DNA of 51,770 nt from an uncultured Candidatus Saccharibacteria bacterium (GCA_964450805.1 CAYVDD010000001.1:200595-252364); one strand, 5' to 3'. Shown: positions 18,508 to 28,416, counted from the first letter of the stretch. A program made the numbers and translations. Notes: generated from the letters alone by a model not told the origin.

Positions 18508-19656
18508 TTAAGTCAAATAATCTGTTATATAGCCGGCAATTGTTTTTGCTGCCAATGGCCTTGAAAATTCCTGAGCAGCTTCTCTCATTTCTTCAAGCTT
18601 TTGAGGATGAGAAAATAAATTTTTCAGTTCTTCAAGAAAGAAACGAGAAGTGAAATTCTCCTCCTCTAATATCATGGCTGCTCCTTTTTGAGCGTAAGTA
18701 TAGGCATTTTCTAACTGATGATTCTGAGCTGATTCAGGCAAAGGTATTAAAATACATGGTTTGTTGCTGGCTGCTATTTCAAAAATAGCGCCTGATCCTG
18801 CACGGGAAACTATTAAATCAGAAACTGTATAAGCTCTTTTCAGTTCCTGCTCTCTCAAAAAACCAAATGCATGATAATATTTTGCCAGATACTCAGGCAT
18901 AACCACTTTAGCTTCAGCTTTTACCTGACTGACATTTTTTTCACCGCACTGGTGAATTATTTCAAAGCTTTTCACTAAATCACCCAGCACTTCTAAAATT
19001 TCATCATTAATTCTTTGTGAACCCTGGGAACCGCCCATAACAAAAATTACTGGTTTTTTTCCTGACAGCTTAAAAAACTCCTGAGCTTCTTTTTTTGAAC
19101 CATTAAAAAGTTCTCTTCTTACAGGGTTTCCTGTTAAAATCATTCTTTTTTTAAAATATGGTGTTTTAGGAAAAGAAACAAAAACCTCTGTACAAAAATT
19201 TGCTAAAATTCTATTAGCTAAACCAGGGATCACATCTGATTCCTGCAAGAATATTGGAACCCCTAAAAGCCAGCCAGCTGCAACAGCTGGTAAAGAACCA
19301 AAACCACCTTTTGAAAAAATAAGGTCAGGAGCTAAGACAAACATGTGAATAAAAGCCTGAGTAAGACCTATTGGAGTTTTAAAGATAATATCAACCAGGT
19401 TCTGAGCAATACTTCTAATATTAGAATATCTTCTTATCTTACCAGCTAAAACATGCTTGACTTCTATTCCTTCCTGAGAAAGAAGTATATCAGCAAATTC
19501 ATCTTTTGGTCCAAGATAAAAAAAATCAAGTTCTTTGTTTTTTCTTTCTTTTAAAAGCAGTTTTCTCATTTCTCTGACAATAGCAATAATTGGAAAAATA
19601 TGGCCTCCACTGCCGCCACCAGTAAATAAAAGCTTAATTTTTTTATTGTTTTTCAT
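18508..19656 (-). CDS. murG: Lipid II GlcNAc transferase MurG
   Basis: GGGSGGH, GGSQG, SRAG, HQxxNA motifs. Confidence 0.97.
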   Translation of the reverse strand: MKNNKKIKLLFTGGGSGGHIFPIIAIVREMRKLLLKERKNKELDFFYLGPKDEFADILLSQEGIEVKHVLAGKIRRYSNIRSIAQNLVDIIFKTPIGLTQAFIHMFVLAPDLIFSKGGFGSLPAVAAGWLLGVPIFLQESDVIPGLANRILANFCTEVFVSFPKTPYFKKRMILTGNPVRRELFNGSKKEAQEFFKLSGKKPVIFVMGGSQGSQRINDEILEVLGDLVKSFEIIHQCGEKNVSQVKAEAKVVMPEYLAKYYHAFGFLREQELKRAYTVSDLIVSRAGSGAIFEIAASNKPCILIPLPESAQNHQLENAYTYAQKGAAMILEEENFTSRFFLEELKNLFSHPQKLEEMREAAQEFSRPLAAKTIAGYITDYLT

Positions 19657-20773
19657 ATTTAGCTGGTTTTGAAATATTTAGAAGAATTCCTATGCCAACA
19701 AGCTCTGTAATTAAAGCTGTGCCTCCATGGCTGACAAACGGCAAAGGAATGCCTGTTAAAGGAACAATGCCCATCATTGCACCAATATTAACCAGTGCTT
19801 GAATTAAAATCCATGAGGTTACACCTAAAGCCGTTAAAGAAAAGAATTTATTTCTGCTTTTCTTTCCAATAATGAATCCTCGCCACAACAAAAGCAAAAA
19901 CAAAATAATTAAAACAACTGAACCAATAAATCCTGTTTCTTCTGCCAAAACAGCGAAGATTGAATCTGATATTGAATGAGGTAAAAATCTAAATTCTTGT
20001 TGAGACATACCAAATCCTAATCCAAAAATCCCTCCTGAACCTATTGCTATTAATGATTGTTTAAGCTGATAACCTGAGCCCATTGGATCTATATCAGGAT
20101 TTAAAAATACTTTTATTCGCTCCCAGTGGTAAGGTGAAAAATTGATAAGAATGAAAAACCCTAAGGCTATAAGCATCCCTATTATTATTGTATGTGAAAC
20201 AGGAGTATTTGACAAAAAATACATAAGCATTCCAGTAGCCAGAATTACAAATAAAGTTCCAATATCAGACTGAAACCATAAAAGAAGACCAATCAATCCA
20301 AGAATTATTAAAAAAGCAAAGAAGTTTTCCTTTAAATCTTTTTTATTTTTAGGTAAAGTAAACTTTTTTTTACTTTTCCCATCCAGCCAGCTGGCAATAT
20401 ACAGAATGAAAGAAAGTTTTAAAGCCTCAGAAGGCTGAAAAGAAGCTATGCCTAATGAAATCCATCTTGATCCTTTACCTATTTTAATTCCAATGCCTGG
20501 TAAAAAAACAAGGGTCATAAGAACCAGATTTATCAAAAGAAAAAGAGGCGCCCATTTTTTAAGAATATTAAGATTGATTTTTGAAAATATAATTGCCAAT
20601 AAAATCCCTGGAATTAAAGCAAAAGCTATCTGATGATTTAAATAATAATAACTATTGCCAAACTTAATCTGAGACACAGAAGTTGAAGCACTGGCCAAAA
20701 CAATGATTCCAAAAACTATTAGAAGTATTGCAGTAATTATTAGGATATAGTCTAGTTTTCTAGCGTTTGCCAT
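19643..20773 (-). CDS. ftsW: SEDS peptidoglycan glycosyltransferase FtsW
   Basis: RWI..FQPSE..K, GYQ..QS..AIGSGG, PLTGIPLPFVS.GG; dcw context. Confidence 0.92.
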   Translation of the reverse strand: MANARKLDYILIITAILLIVFGIIVLASASTSVSQIKFGNSYYYLNHQIAFALIPGILLAIIFSKINLNILKKWAPLFLLINLVLMTLVFLPGIGIKIGKGSRWISLGIASFQPSEALKLSFILYIASWLDGKSKKKFTLPKNKKDLKENFFAFLIILGLIGLLLWFQSDIGTLFVILATGMLMYFLSNTPVSHTIIIGMLIALGFFILINFSPYHWERIKVFLNPDIDPMGSGYQLKQSLIAIGSGGIFGLGFGMSQQEFRFLPHSISDSIFAVLAEETGFIGSVVLIILFLLLLWRGFIIGKKSRNKFFSLTALGVTSWILIQALVNIGAMMGIVPLTGIPLPFVSHGGTALITELVGIGILLNISKPAKYEKQ

Positions 20774-22076
20774 ATAATTTCACGTATTTTTTAAATAAAG
20801 CACCTTTTTCCTTATAATCCTTGAATAGACTAAAGCTTGGAGAAGCAGTTGATAAAAGACAAATTTTTCCTTTACTGGTATTTTTAAAAGCCAGCTCTAC
20901 TCCATCTTTCATGTTTAAAACCATAATTGTTCTGTATTTTTTTTTGCTATCCAGATTAACGATTTCTTTAAAAATATCGCTTCCTGTATCTGGAAATAAA
21001 ATCAAGGTCTTTATCTTGCTTTTTAAAATTCTTTTAGCCAAACCTTTAAAATCTATCCCTCTATCCAGTCCGCCTAAGAATATTGTTTCAACACTGTTTC
21101 CCAAAGCATCAAGAGCAGCAATAGTTGCCTCCGGAACAGTTGATAAGGCATCATTGTAAAACTTGATTCCTTTGTATGTTCCAATATATTCTAATCTATG
21201 CTCTAAAGGTTTAAATTTTTTAATGACTTTTAAAATGTTCTTATCTTCTATATCAAATAATCTTGCCACAGCAATTGCAGCTTTAATATTAAGAACATTA
21301 AAATCTCCTTTAAGTAAAGTATTAATCTTTTTAATTTTAACTGAATCAATGGAAATTTTCTTAGCTTTTGATTTTTTTGATTCTTTGTTAACTAACTTAT
21401 TTTTTGAATTAAATATTAAATAATCACTTCTTTTCTGGTAACGCAGAATATTGGTTTTGGCTGACAAATATTGTTCAAACCCATCATAATAATCCAAATG
21501 TTCTTTATAGATATTTAAAAAAACAGCAATATGGGGGCTTTTTTTAAGGTTTAAAAGCTGATGACTGGAAAGTTCGCAAACATATACGTTCTCTGGCTTG
21601 CTAGATGAAAGAAAAGACAATACTGGTTTGCCAATATTGCCTCCTAAATAAGCTTTAACATTGTTTTCTTTTAAAATCTCATAAATTAAAGAAGCTGTAG
21701 TGCTTTTTCCTTTTGTTCCTGTAACGCCAATAATTTTACCTGGGCAGTTATTAAAAAAAATCTCTGTTTGAGAAGTAATGGTTTGTTTTTTAATTAAAAA
21801 TGGTTTAAGAATAGCAGGTGAAATACCAGGAGACTTAACTATTACATCATAGTTTTTTAAAAACCCAAGATAACTTTCTCCTAGATGAAGTTTGATTTTT
21901 TTAATCTTTTTTATAACTCTTTGAACTTTAGGATTTAAATCGTCAAATTCTAATCTATCTCCAACTGCAATGATTTTATTGGGAAAGGTTTTTCTTAAAA
22001 ACTTCAAATTAGCCATGCCCTCTATTCCTAAGCCCAGAATCAGTATTTTCTTGTTTTTTAAATCTCTTAATCTCAT
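20760..22076 (-). CDS. murD: UDP-MurNAc-L-Ala:glutamate ligase (MurD, possibly L-Glu-adding MurD2 type)
   Basis: GTKGKSTT, GNIG, ELSS, EHLDY, EHRLE, SPSFSLFKDY. Confidence 0.92.
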   Translation of the reverse strand: MRLRDLKNKKILILGLGIEGMANLKFLRKTFPNKIIAVGDRLEFDDLNPKVQRVIKKIKKIKLHLGESYLGFLKNYDVIVKSPGISPAILKPFLIKKQTITSQTEIFFNNCPGKIIGVTGTKGKSTTASLIYEILKENNVKAYLGGNIGKPVLSFLSSSKPENVYVCELSSHQLLNLKKSPHIAVFLNIYKEHLDYYDGFEQYLSAKTNILRYQKRSDYLIFNSKNKLVNKESKKSKAKKISIDSVKIKKINTLLKGDFNVLNIKAAIAVARLFDIEDKNILKVIKKFKPLEHRLEYIGTYKGIKFYNDALSTVPEATIAALDALGNSVETIFLGGLDRGIDFKGLAKRILKSKIKTLILFPDTGSDIFKEIVNLDSKKKYRTIMVLNMKDGVELAFKNTSKGKICLLSTASPSFSLFKDYKEKGALFKKYVKLYGKR

Positions 22077-22146
22077 CTCAATATATTAAAAATAGCACAA
22101 AATAGGCTTAAAATAAACTCAATAGAAGTTTTTAATATTTTTAATA

Positions 22147-22178
22147 ACAAAAAATACCTGATTAAAGGTATTTTTTGT
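22147..22178. terminator. Intrinsic terminator
   Basis: ACAAAAAATACCT / AGGTATTTTTTGT perfect arms. Confidence 0.75.
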
Positions 22179-22256
22179 CTAAAAGTTCTTTTTCAAAAAC
22201 ACAATTCATATTGTGTACTTGAAAAAAAAGAAAAAATGAAATTTGAAATTTTATTT

Positions 22257-22508
22257 TTATTTTTTCTTTGACTCTAATGATACCATATCCTTGTAAAACT
22301 GATCTGGATCTTCCAAGGAATCTGTTGTCCACATTGACATAGACAAAAATTCTACTTTTCCGAAGATATCAGTTGTCAAATTCACTATTGAAACAAAATC
22401 TTCTTCATCTAATTCTTTTAATTCTCCGAAGATATCAGTTGTCAAATTCACTATTGAGACAAAATCCTCTTCATTTAATTCTTTATCATTTTTGTTTTCT
22501 TCTCTCAT
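22257..22508 (-). CDS. Small acidic orphan protein with internal tandem duplication
   Basis: EEDFVSIVNLTTDIFG occurs twice. Confidence 0.55.
   Translation of the reverse strand: MREENKNDKELNEEDFVSIVNLTTDIFGELKELDEEDFVSIVNLTTDIFGKVEFLSMSMWTTDSLEDPDQFYKDMVSLESKKK
22360..22484. repeat. Tandem duplication, two 59-bp copies with 66-bp period
   Basis: 22360-22418 vs 22426-22484, 3 mismatches. Confidence 0.9.
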
Positions 22509-22607
22509 TTTTTTCTACCAAATCTTTATTATGTGCTGTTTACTTCATACATAATTCAGATAAATCTGTCAAATCATGTAAAACAATAAATTTATTACTA
22601 AAGAACT

Positions 22608-24005
22608 TTAAATTTTTAAATATTTTATAAGCCTCTTAGATAAAAAATGTTGTTTGTTCCAGGAATTCATTATATTTTCTGATTCTTTTTTCAATCGAGA
22701 ATGTTTTGATAACGTATGTTTTTCAAAATATTTCAAAAGATAAGGTAAATTCTTTTTCTGTTTCTTGGCTTTTTCTAAACTTAAATAAAAAGCCACCAAA
22801 CTTTCTTTTTTTGTGCCAACACATTCAAAAGGCTTGAACTTACTCTCCCCTGTTAATTCTTTCATTAAACCAACTAATTCTTTTTTTTCAAAAAGATTTT
22901 TTCCAAAAACTTTAATCAGTTTTTTAGTCTTAATAAAAGGATATAAAATTGCAAAAACAAACAAACATTTTGGGCATTTACCACACCACTTCTTAACAGG
23001 TCTTGTTTTTCCTGAATGTGTTTTATAGGCTTCATTGCAGCTTAAAAAAACGTTTCCATACTTATTAAAATATTTAGAAAATAACTTTGCAATCTGGATT
23101 TCATACAAAGGCCTTAAAAAACTGAAATACTCAATATCTTGAGCTAAATATTTTTTTGAATAATTCCTGAATTTTTTTTCAAAATCAAAGCTTTTTGAAT
23201 ATTGATGATTAATGATTTTGCCTGAATATTTTACATTACCTTCATTTGAACTTCTTTCATTTGAAAAAGCAATGTATTTATAATCATAAATCACGCCTAT
23301 TAGAACTGTTAAAAAAGCTAAATAAGCTGAAAATGGAGTATGGCCATTTAAAAAACCTTTTCTGTTTAATTGAAGAAGTTTTGAATCAATTTTTCTTCTA
23401 ACAGTAATTGGTTTCTTGCATCCGCTGATTTTCATTATCTTTTCAGCTGAATCTGTTGGATTTAAAGAAAAACAAGTAATGTTTTTAAGATTTTTTTTCA
23501 ATATCTCCAAGCTTACCGCTGAATCCTTGCCTCCGCCTATTGGAAGTAAAACCTTATTACTTATTTTGTTTTTAAAAGCCTCAAACCTTGTTTTTTTACT
23601 GCCTGAAAACTTTAAAGTTTTAACAATTTTCCAATCAACTTTATTCTCATAGAAAAACTGTCCCATTCCATTAGATATTAATTCTTTCCACCATCTGATT
23701 TGAGATTGATCCAGACTGCCAGCTCTAACCTCAATTTCTTTTGAACAGGTTGCTTTCCAGTAACTGAGCATTTCAATCAAACCCAAATTAAATACTAAAT
23801 TATCTAATACACTCTCCCCTGCTTTTTTAAGTTTATTTTTATCAATATTTTCAATAATTATTTTTGGTTTAAAAAAAATATCAGGTTCAATCCTAAAATC
23901 AAAAAAAATTTCCAAGTTATTCTTTGAAATTTTATATGAGTAATCCCTGTAAATAAATTTAGGGTATTTTTTTTGAAACTCTTTTGCTTTCATACTAGCC
24001 TGCAA
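22608..24005 (-). CDS. murL: UDP-MurNAc-L-Ala-L-Glu epimerase MurL
   Basis: GGGKDS PP-loop, NGHTPFS, SNERS, NHQYSKS, SCN, WCGKCPKC, KPFECVG; located between mraY and murD. Confidence 0.85.
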   Translation of the reverse strand: MQASMKAKEFQKKYPKFIYRDYSYKISKNNLEIFFDFRIEPDIFFKPKIIIENIDKNKLKKAGESVLDNLVFNLGLIEMLSYWKATCSKEIEVRAGSLDQSQIRWWKELISNGMGQFFYENKVDWKIVKTLKFSGSKKTRFEAFKNKISNKVLLPIGGGKDSAVSLEILKKNLKNITCFSLNPTDSAEKIMKISGCKKPITVRRKIDSKLLQLNRKGFLNGHTPFSAYLAFLTVLIGVIYDYKYIAFSNERSSNEGNVKYSGKIINHQYSKSFDFEKKFRNYSKKYLAQDIEYFSFLRPLYEIQIAKLFSKYFNKYGNVFLSCNEAYKTHSGKTRPVKKWCGKCPKCLFVFAILYPFIKTKKLIKVFGKNLFEKKELVGLMKELTGESKFKPFECVGTKKESLVAFYLSLEKAKKQKKNLPYLLKYFEKHTLSKHSRLKKESENIMNSWNKQHFLSKRLIKYLKI

Positions 24006-25077
24006 GAAGCTTTATTGCTACTCCTAAAAACACAAAAACCAGATTAAGAATCCAAAACCTCATTGTCACTTTATATGAAGGCCAGCCTCGCGCTTCAAAA
24101 TGATGGTGAATTGGAGTGCAGAGCCATATTTTTCTGCCAAAAAACCTTTTTGAAAAAAGCTGTATTAATATTGAACCAACCTCTATTACTATTATTCCAG
24201 CAATAATAGGTAAAACTATTATTGAGTCAGTTAAAAAAGCAACCACAGTCATTGTTGAAGTTAATCCTAAAACACCTGTTTCTCCCATATAGAATTTGGC
24301 TGGCGGAATATTAAACCATAAAAAAGCAAATAAAGTTCCAGAAATAATTGCGCAAAATGTGGCCAAATCAGCTTTCCCTTGGGTAAAAGCAATAACAGCA
24401 AAGCCACTGAAGATTGAAGCAAAAATCCCTCCTGCCAAACCATCTATACCATCAATCACTCCTCCTGCCCAAGAAGCAAGCATTACTAACACAAATAAAG
24501 GAATATACCACCAACCAATAAAAAAATTTATTCCTTCAGGGAAATTATATATTAAAGGAATATGAATTGTATTTTTACTGAGCTTAAAATAAAACCACCA
24601 GCCACCAATCAATCCTATTAAAGCTACCATTAAAAGCCTTCTTTTAAAGCTCATTCCTCCGCCAATATATTTTCCTTTTCCAAAAACAGTTAATGTGTCG
24701 TCAATTAAGCCTACAATTGAACCTGCCACTAAAGTGAACAAAGGAAGCCAGGTTTCACTGCGAGAAAGGAAATTAAGTTTTTTCATCCACCAGGGATTGT
24801 TAATATATGATAAAGCAAAAAACAAAAATATCATTACAAGAACTGACAACCAGATTAAAATACCGCCGCCTCTTGGCACAGTAATTTCTTTTTCTTTATG
24901 AAGAGAATGAAAAACTTCAGCCTGTTCATTAGTTATTGTTTTGGTTCTTGCTTTTTTCTTGAAAAAATTAATTCTTCTTAAAACTTTTATTAAAAAAGGC
25001 GCCCAAATAAAAGAAATAACAGCACTTATTGCTGACAGCATTAAAAGTCTAATTACATGAAAGGTAAAAAGTGTCAT
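23995..25077 (-). CDS. mraY: Phospho-MurNAc-pentapeptide transferase MraY
   Basis: P.GGG, GLIDD, DGIDGL, FN.PPAKFYMG, PIHHHFE. Confidence 0.95.
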   Translation of the reverse strand: MTLFTFHVIRLLMLSAISAVISFIWAPFLIKVLRRINFFKKKARTKTITNEQAEVFHSLHKEKEITVPRGGGILIWLSVLVMIFLFFALSYINNPWWMKKLNFLSRSETWLPLFTLVAGSIVGLIDDTLTVFGKGKYIGGGMSFKRRLLMVALIGLIGGWWFYFKLSKNTIHIPLIYNFPEGINFFIGWWYIPLFVLVMLASWAGGVIDGIDGLAGGIFASIFSGFAVIAFTQGKADLATFCAIISGTLFAFLWFNIPPAKFYMGETGVLGLTSTMTVVAFLTDSIIVLPIIAGIIVIEVGSILIQLFSKRFFGRKIWLCTPIHHHFEARGWPSYKVTMRFWILNLVFVFLGVAIKLLAG

Positions 25078-25151
25078 TGTAAGATTTTTATTAGTGCAAC
25101 AAAGTAAATATAACCATAGTCTAACTTTATTATATCAAATCTTTTTTGAAA

Positions 25152-25183
25152 CAAAAACTGCCTATTTTAGTAGACAGTTTTTG
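25152..25183. terminator. Intrinsic terminator
   Basis: CAAAAACTG...CAGTTTTTG. Confidence 0.7.
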
Positions 25184-25267
25184 ATTCAATCCTTTTTTCC
25201 TTTTCTAAATCCATAATAGAATTATGGGCTTGGAAAATAAAAAGAAAAAAAAGGATTTAAAAAATAA

Positions 25268-25540
25268 TTATTCGTTCTTTTCTATCCTGACGGACTTCCT
25301 TAGTACTCTTTTGGGGGGAAATCCTTTTCTCTTTTCTGTTAAATTCCCCTTCTTTTTCGAAAATATCCCCCAGTATTTTCTCACCCTGTAGTAGTTTTTC
25401 CCTATAAAGCAGAAAACTCTTTCTGTAGTCTTTTTCATTTTCCCACTCTTCAGAGTGATTTTTCTGTAAAGCGTTACTTGTCCTTGCTGTAACAACTCTT
25501 CTATCTTTTTAATCTTCTCTTTTGTTTTCAAAAATCTCAC
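25268..25540 (-). CDS. Small, very basic orphan protein
   Basis: K/R-rich 90-aa ORF; AGGTGA motif suggests the true start is TTG at 25531. Confidence 0.5.
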   Translation of the reverse strand: MRFLKTKEKIKKIEELLQQGQVTLYRKITLKSGKMKKTTERVFCFIGKNYYRVRKYWGIFSKKKGNLTEKRKGFPPKRVLRKSVRIEKNE

Positions 25541-25606
25541 CTTTTTTTAATGGATAATGTAGTCATATCATATTACTCAACTTTGTCAATAGTAAAAAAA
25601 ACAAAC

Positions 25607-25653
25607 CCCACCTTGGTGGGACCTGAAAAAACGGGGATGGTGAAACTCGAACT
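25607..25653 (-). other. tRNA 3'-end-like remnant followed by a GC-rich terminator
   Basis: Minus strand AGTTCGAGTTTCACCATCCCCG, then CCCACCAAGGTGGG and a U-tract. Confidence 0.5.
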
Positions 25654-25691
25654 TTTAATTATTCTGTAGATATAATCTCTTTCTGCTAGAA

Positions 25692-26612
25692 TTAAAAAGC
25701 TATCCAATCAATTAACTTTTGCATTTCCTCTACCCTTTTCTGCGGTGATTCAGAACCCAATATTACATTAATAAAATAATTATCATTTTCATCAGAAAAT
25801 ACTACTAACATACCTGCTCCTGCTCTTTCAGTATAACCTGTTTTCCCGCCAATAATTGTCTGACTGGCTAAAACATTTAAATCTAATACCCCATTTTCAA
25901 TCAAATATGATTCATTTCGCAAAGAAAGCTCAAACAAGAAAGGATGATTTTCCAAGATATATTTTGAAAGCTTTATTAAATCACTGGCAGTTGAATAATT
26001 AGGAATTAAATCAGAATTATCTGGATCAAGTCCAGTGGGATTGATGAAATAAGTGTTTTCAAGCTCCAATACTTTGACTTTTTCATTCATTCTCTCAATA
26101 AAATTATCAAAACCAATAATCTCTGCCAAAGCATAAGCTGCGTCATTACTTGAATAATGCAACATTAATTCTAAAAGTTCTTCCACTGAAATCTGCTGGC
26201 CCTGTTTTAGATTGCCATAAACAGGAACATTATATTGGTCTGCTGCAGTTTTTGAAACAATTATTTTTCTATTCAAATCATAATCATTATATGAAGTATT
26301 TTCAATAACCAGTAAACCTGTCATCAATTTTGTTAAAGAAGCAACAGCCAGTGATTTAGCGCTGTTTTTCCTGAAAAGAAATCTTTGTTTTCCTGCTTTA
26401 TTAATTTTAAAACAAGCCACAGATTCAGCTTCAATGCTGGGTTTTGGTTTTCTTGTGATTTCCGATATATCAACAACAGCCAAATTCTCAAAAGGCTGAA
26501 CAATCTGAGCGTAAAAATACTTTTCCATTCCATATTGTAAAGAATTAATACCCCAGAATAAAAATGAAGTTAAAAAAAAGGTTCCCAAAAAATATTTAAT
26601 ATTCTTAGTCAT
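25692..26612 (-). CDS. D-Ala-D-Ala carboxypeptidase (peptidase S11)
   Basis: SLTK, SSN and KTG motifs; NPTGLD. Confidence 0.92.
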   Translation of the reverse strand: MTKNIKYFLGTFFLTSFLFWGINSLQYGMEKYFYAQIVQPFENLAVVDISEITRKPKPSIEAESVACFKINKAGKQRFLFRKNSAKSLAVASLTKLMTGLLVIENTSYNDYDLNRKIIVSKTAADQYNVPVYGNLKQGQQISVEELLELMLHYSSNDAAYALAEIIGFDNFIERMNEKVKVLELENTYFINPTGLDPDNSDLIPNYSTASDLIKLSKYILENHPFLFELSLRNESYLIENGVLDLNVLASQTIIGGKTGYTERAGAGMLVVFSDENDNYFINVILGSESPQKRVEEMQKLIDWIAF

Positions 26613-26637
26613 TAAAGTTCAATCAAAAACCAAACAT

Positions 26638-27984
26638 TTATTTATTCTTTTTTTTTGGCTTTAAAATGGATAATCTCTGGTCAATTCTTCCCATGTCCCG
26701 CGGAAATAAACTGGCTTGCTTTACACTTTCCAAACCTAAAATCTGCTTTACAGCTCTTTCAACTCCCAAAGCAAAACCTCCTTCAGGCGGCATTCCGTAT
26801 TTAAACGCTTGAAGATAAAGCTCAAAATCTTTTGGTTTATTCCCCCATTTTTTAATGTTTTTTAAAAGTTTATTGTATTCATGAATCCTCTGGCCTCCAG
26901 TAACAATTTCCAACCCTTTACAGAGCAAATCAAAACTCAATGTATAATCTTTGTTTTCTGGGTCAGGATATGTATAAAATGGCCTTTTTTTTGTTGGATA
27001 ATGAGTAATAAAAATTAAATCTGAATTATATTTTTCTTTTGCCCAAAGACAAATTTCTCTCTCATCTTCTGGCTCTAAGTCAGGCTCTTTTCTGTTATCT
27101 CTTTTTGTTCTTTTAAAAATTATTTGCTGGGCTTCGCGTATTTTAATTCGTGGAATCTTAGAACTAATTTGAGGAATAATGGCATTAAACATCTTTAATT
27201 GTTTACTATTCTTTTTCTTAAGATCAAAAAAAATATTGCGCATCACAGTCTCGCAAACATCCATTAATTCCTCCCATGAATCAATGAAACCCATTTCTGC
27301 ATCTAAACTCAGGTATTCAGTCAAATGACGGGTAGTAACGCTGGGTTCAGCTCTGTAGGCATGAGCAAGAGTGAATACACGCTCAAAAACTCCTACCATA
27401 ATTTGCTTATAAAGCTGAGGGCTCTGACCTAAATAAGCATTGTGATCAAAATATTTAATTTTAAATATCTCTGCCCCGCCTTCAGTTGCCACTGGAACAA
27501 TTGTAGGCGCTTGAAATTCAGTAAAATTTAAATCTTTTAAAGTCTTTCTAAAGCTTTGAATAATTGTCTCTTGAATTTTAAAAATAGCTCTAATTTTGTT
27601 ATTACGTAAAGTAAGAGACCTATTGTCAAAAAGAACTGGTAAACTTACTTTTAAATCCATTAAATCAAAAGGTAAAGGATGAGACTTGGCTATTATTTCA
27701 ATTTTTTCAGCTTTTAATTCTACTTTTCCGGTTTCAATTTCAGGATTAATCATGTTTTCAGGACGCTTATTAATAGTTCCTTGTATTTGAACAACGTATT
27801 CATCTTTAATATTTTTAATATCTTTGGCCATTTTTTCTGAACAAACCACCTGTAAAAGCCCTGAATGGTCACGAATATCGAGAAAAACTAGAGCACCATG
27901 ATCTCTGCGGCAATTAACCCAGCCAGAAACTTTGACTTTTTTCCCAATATATTTATTTGTTTCGCTTGAAAATATTCTTTTCAT
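26638..27984 (-). CDS. aspS: Aspartate--tRNA(Asp/Asn) ligase, short archaeal-type, probably non-discriminating
   Basis: OB fold; TEGGAE, QSPQLYKQ, YRAEPS.T.RH, GGQRIH, YGMPP.GG, LFPRD; no GAD insertion. Confidence 0.92.
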   Translation of the reverse strand: MKRIFSSETNKYIGKKVKVSGWVNCRRDHGALVFLDIRDHSGLLQVVCSEKMAKDIKNIKDEYVVQIQGTINKRPENMINPEIETGKVELKAEKIEIIAKSHPLPFDLMDLKVSLPVLFDNRSLTLRNNKIRAIFKIQETIIQSFRKTLKDLNFTEFQAPTIVPVATEGGAEIFKIKYFDHNAYLGQSPQLYKQIMVGVFERVFTLAHAYRAEPSVTTRHLTEYLSLDAEMGFIDSWEELMDVCETVMRNIFFDLKKKNSKQLKMFNAIIPQISSKIPRIKIREAQQIIFKRTKRDNRKEPDLEPEDEREICLWAKEKYNSDLIFITHYPTKKRPFYTYPDPENKDYTLSFDLLCKGLEIVTGGQRIHEYNKLLKNIKKWGNKPKDFELYLQAFKYGMPPEGGFALGVERAVKQILGLESVKQASLFPRDMGRIDQRLSILKPKKKNK

Positions 27985-28034
27985 AAATAATTAAAAAAAC
28001 TTTGTTTAAAAAGCTGAAAATAATAGAGTTGATG

Positions 28035-28416
28035 TTATTTCAAATAGCGCTTTACTCTCATAACAAATTGCTTGGGCGTAAAATTTGCTTTTATTAAATA
28101 ATCCTTAACTCCAAGATCTCTTGCTTTTCTCTGTTCCTCTGAGTCATCATAGTTTGTGAAAACTATTACTGGAATAGAGGAAATTTCAGGATCTTCTCTT
28201 AGTTTTTTTTAAAAAACCAATTCCATTTTCATTGGGAAGCAGAATATCTAAAATAATTAAATCTGGCTTTTCTTTTTTAGCTATTACTAAAGCTTTTCCT
28301 GCCTCAACAGATGAAATTACCTCAAAACCAGCATTAACAAAGGTATCATGATACATTTCTGTTAATATTTTCTCATCCTCAATAATGAGAATTTTCTTTT
28401 TAGCTTTTTTCTTCAT
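28035..28416 (-). pseudogene. Single-domain response regulator, frameshifted at a T6A8 run
   Basis: IIEDE...LLDI-like ILDILLP..NG in the first frame; continues LREDPEISSIPVIVFTN...GVKDYLIKANFTP... to TAA at 28035 if one base is removed at 28203-28216. Confidence 0.85.

Noticed and set aside
22360..22484. CRISPR-like repeat
   Set aside because: Two long in-frame copies with a 7-bp gap; no spacers and no cas genes
25632..25653. Complete tRNA or tmRNA gene
   Set aside because: No 5' half, and the acceptor strand lacks the U of the tmRNA G3:U70 pair; kept only as a remnant
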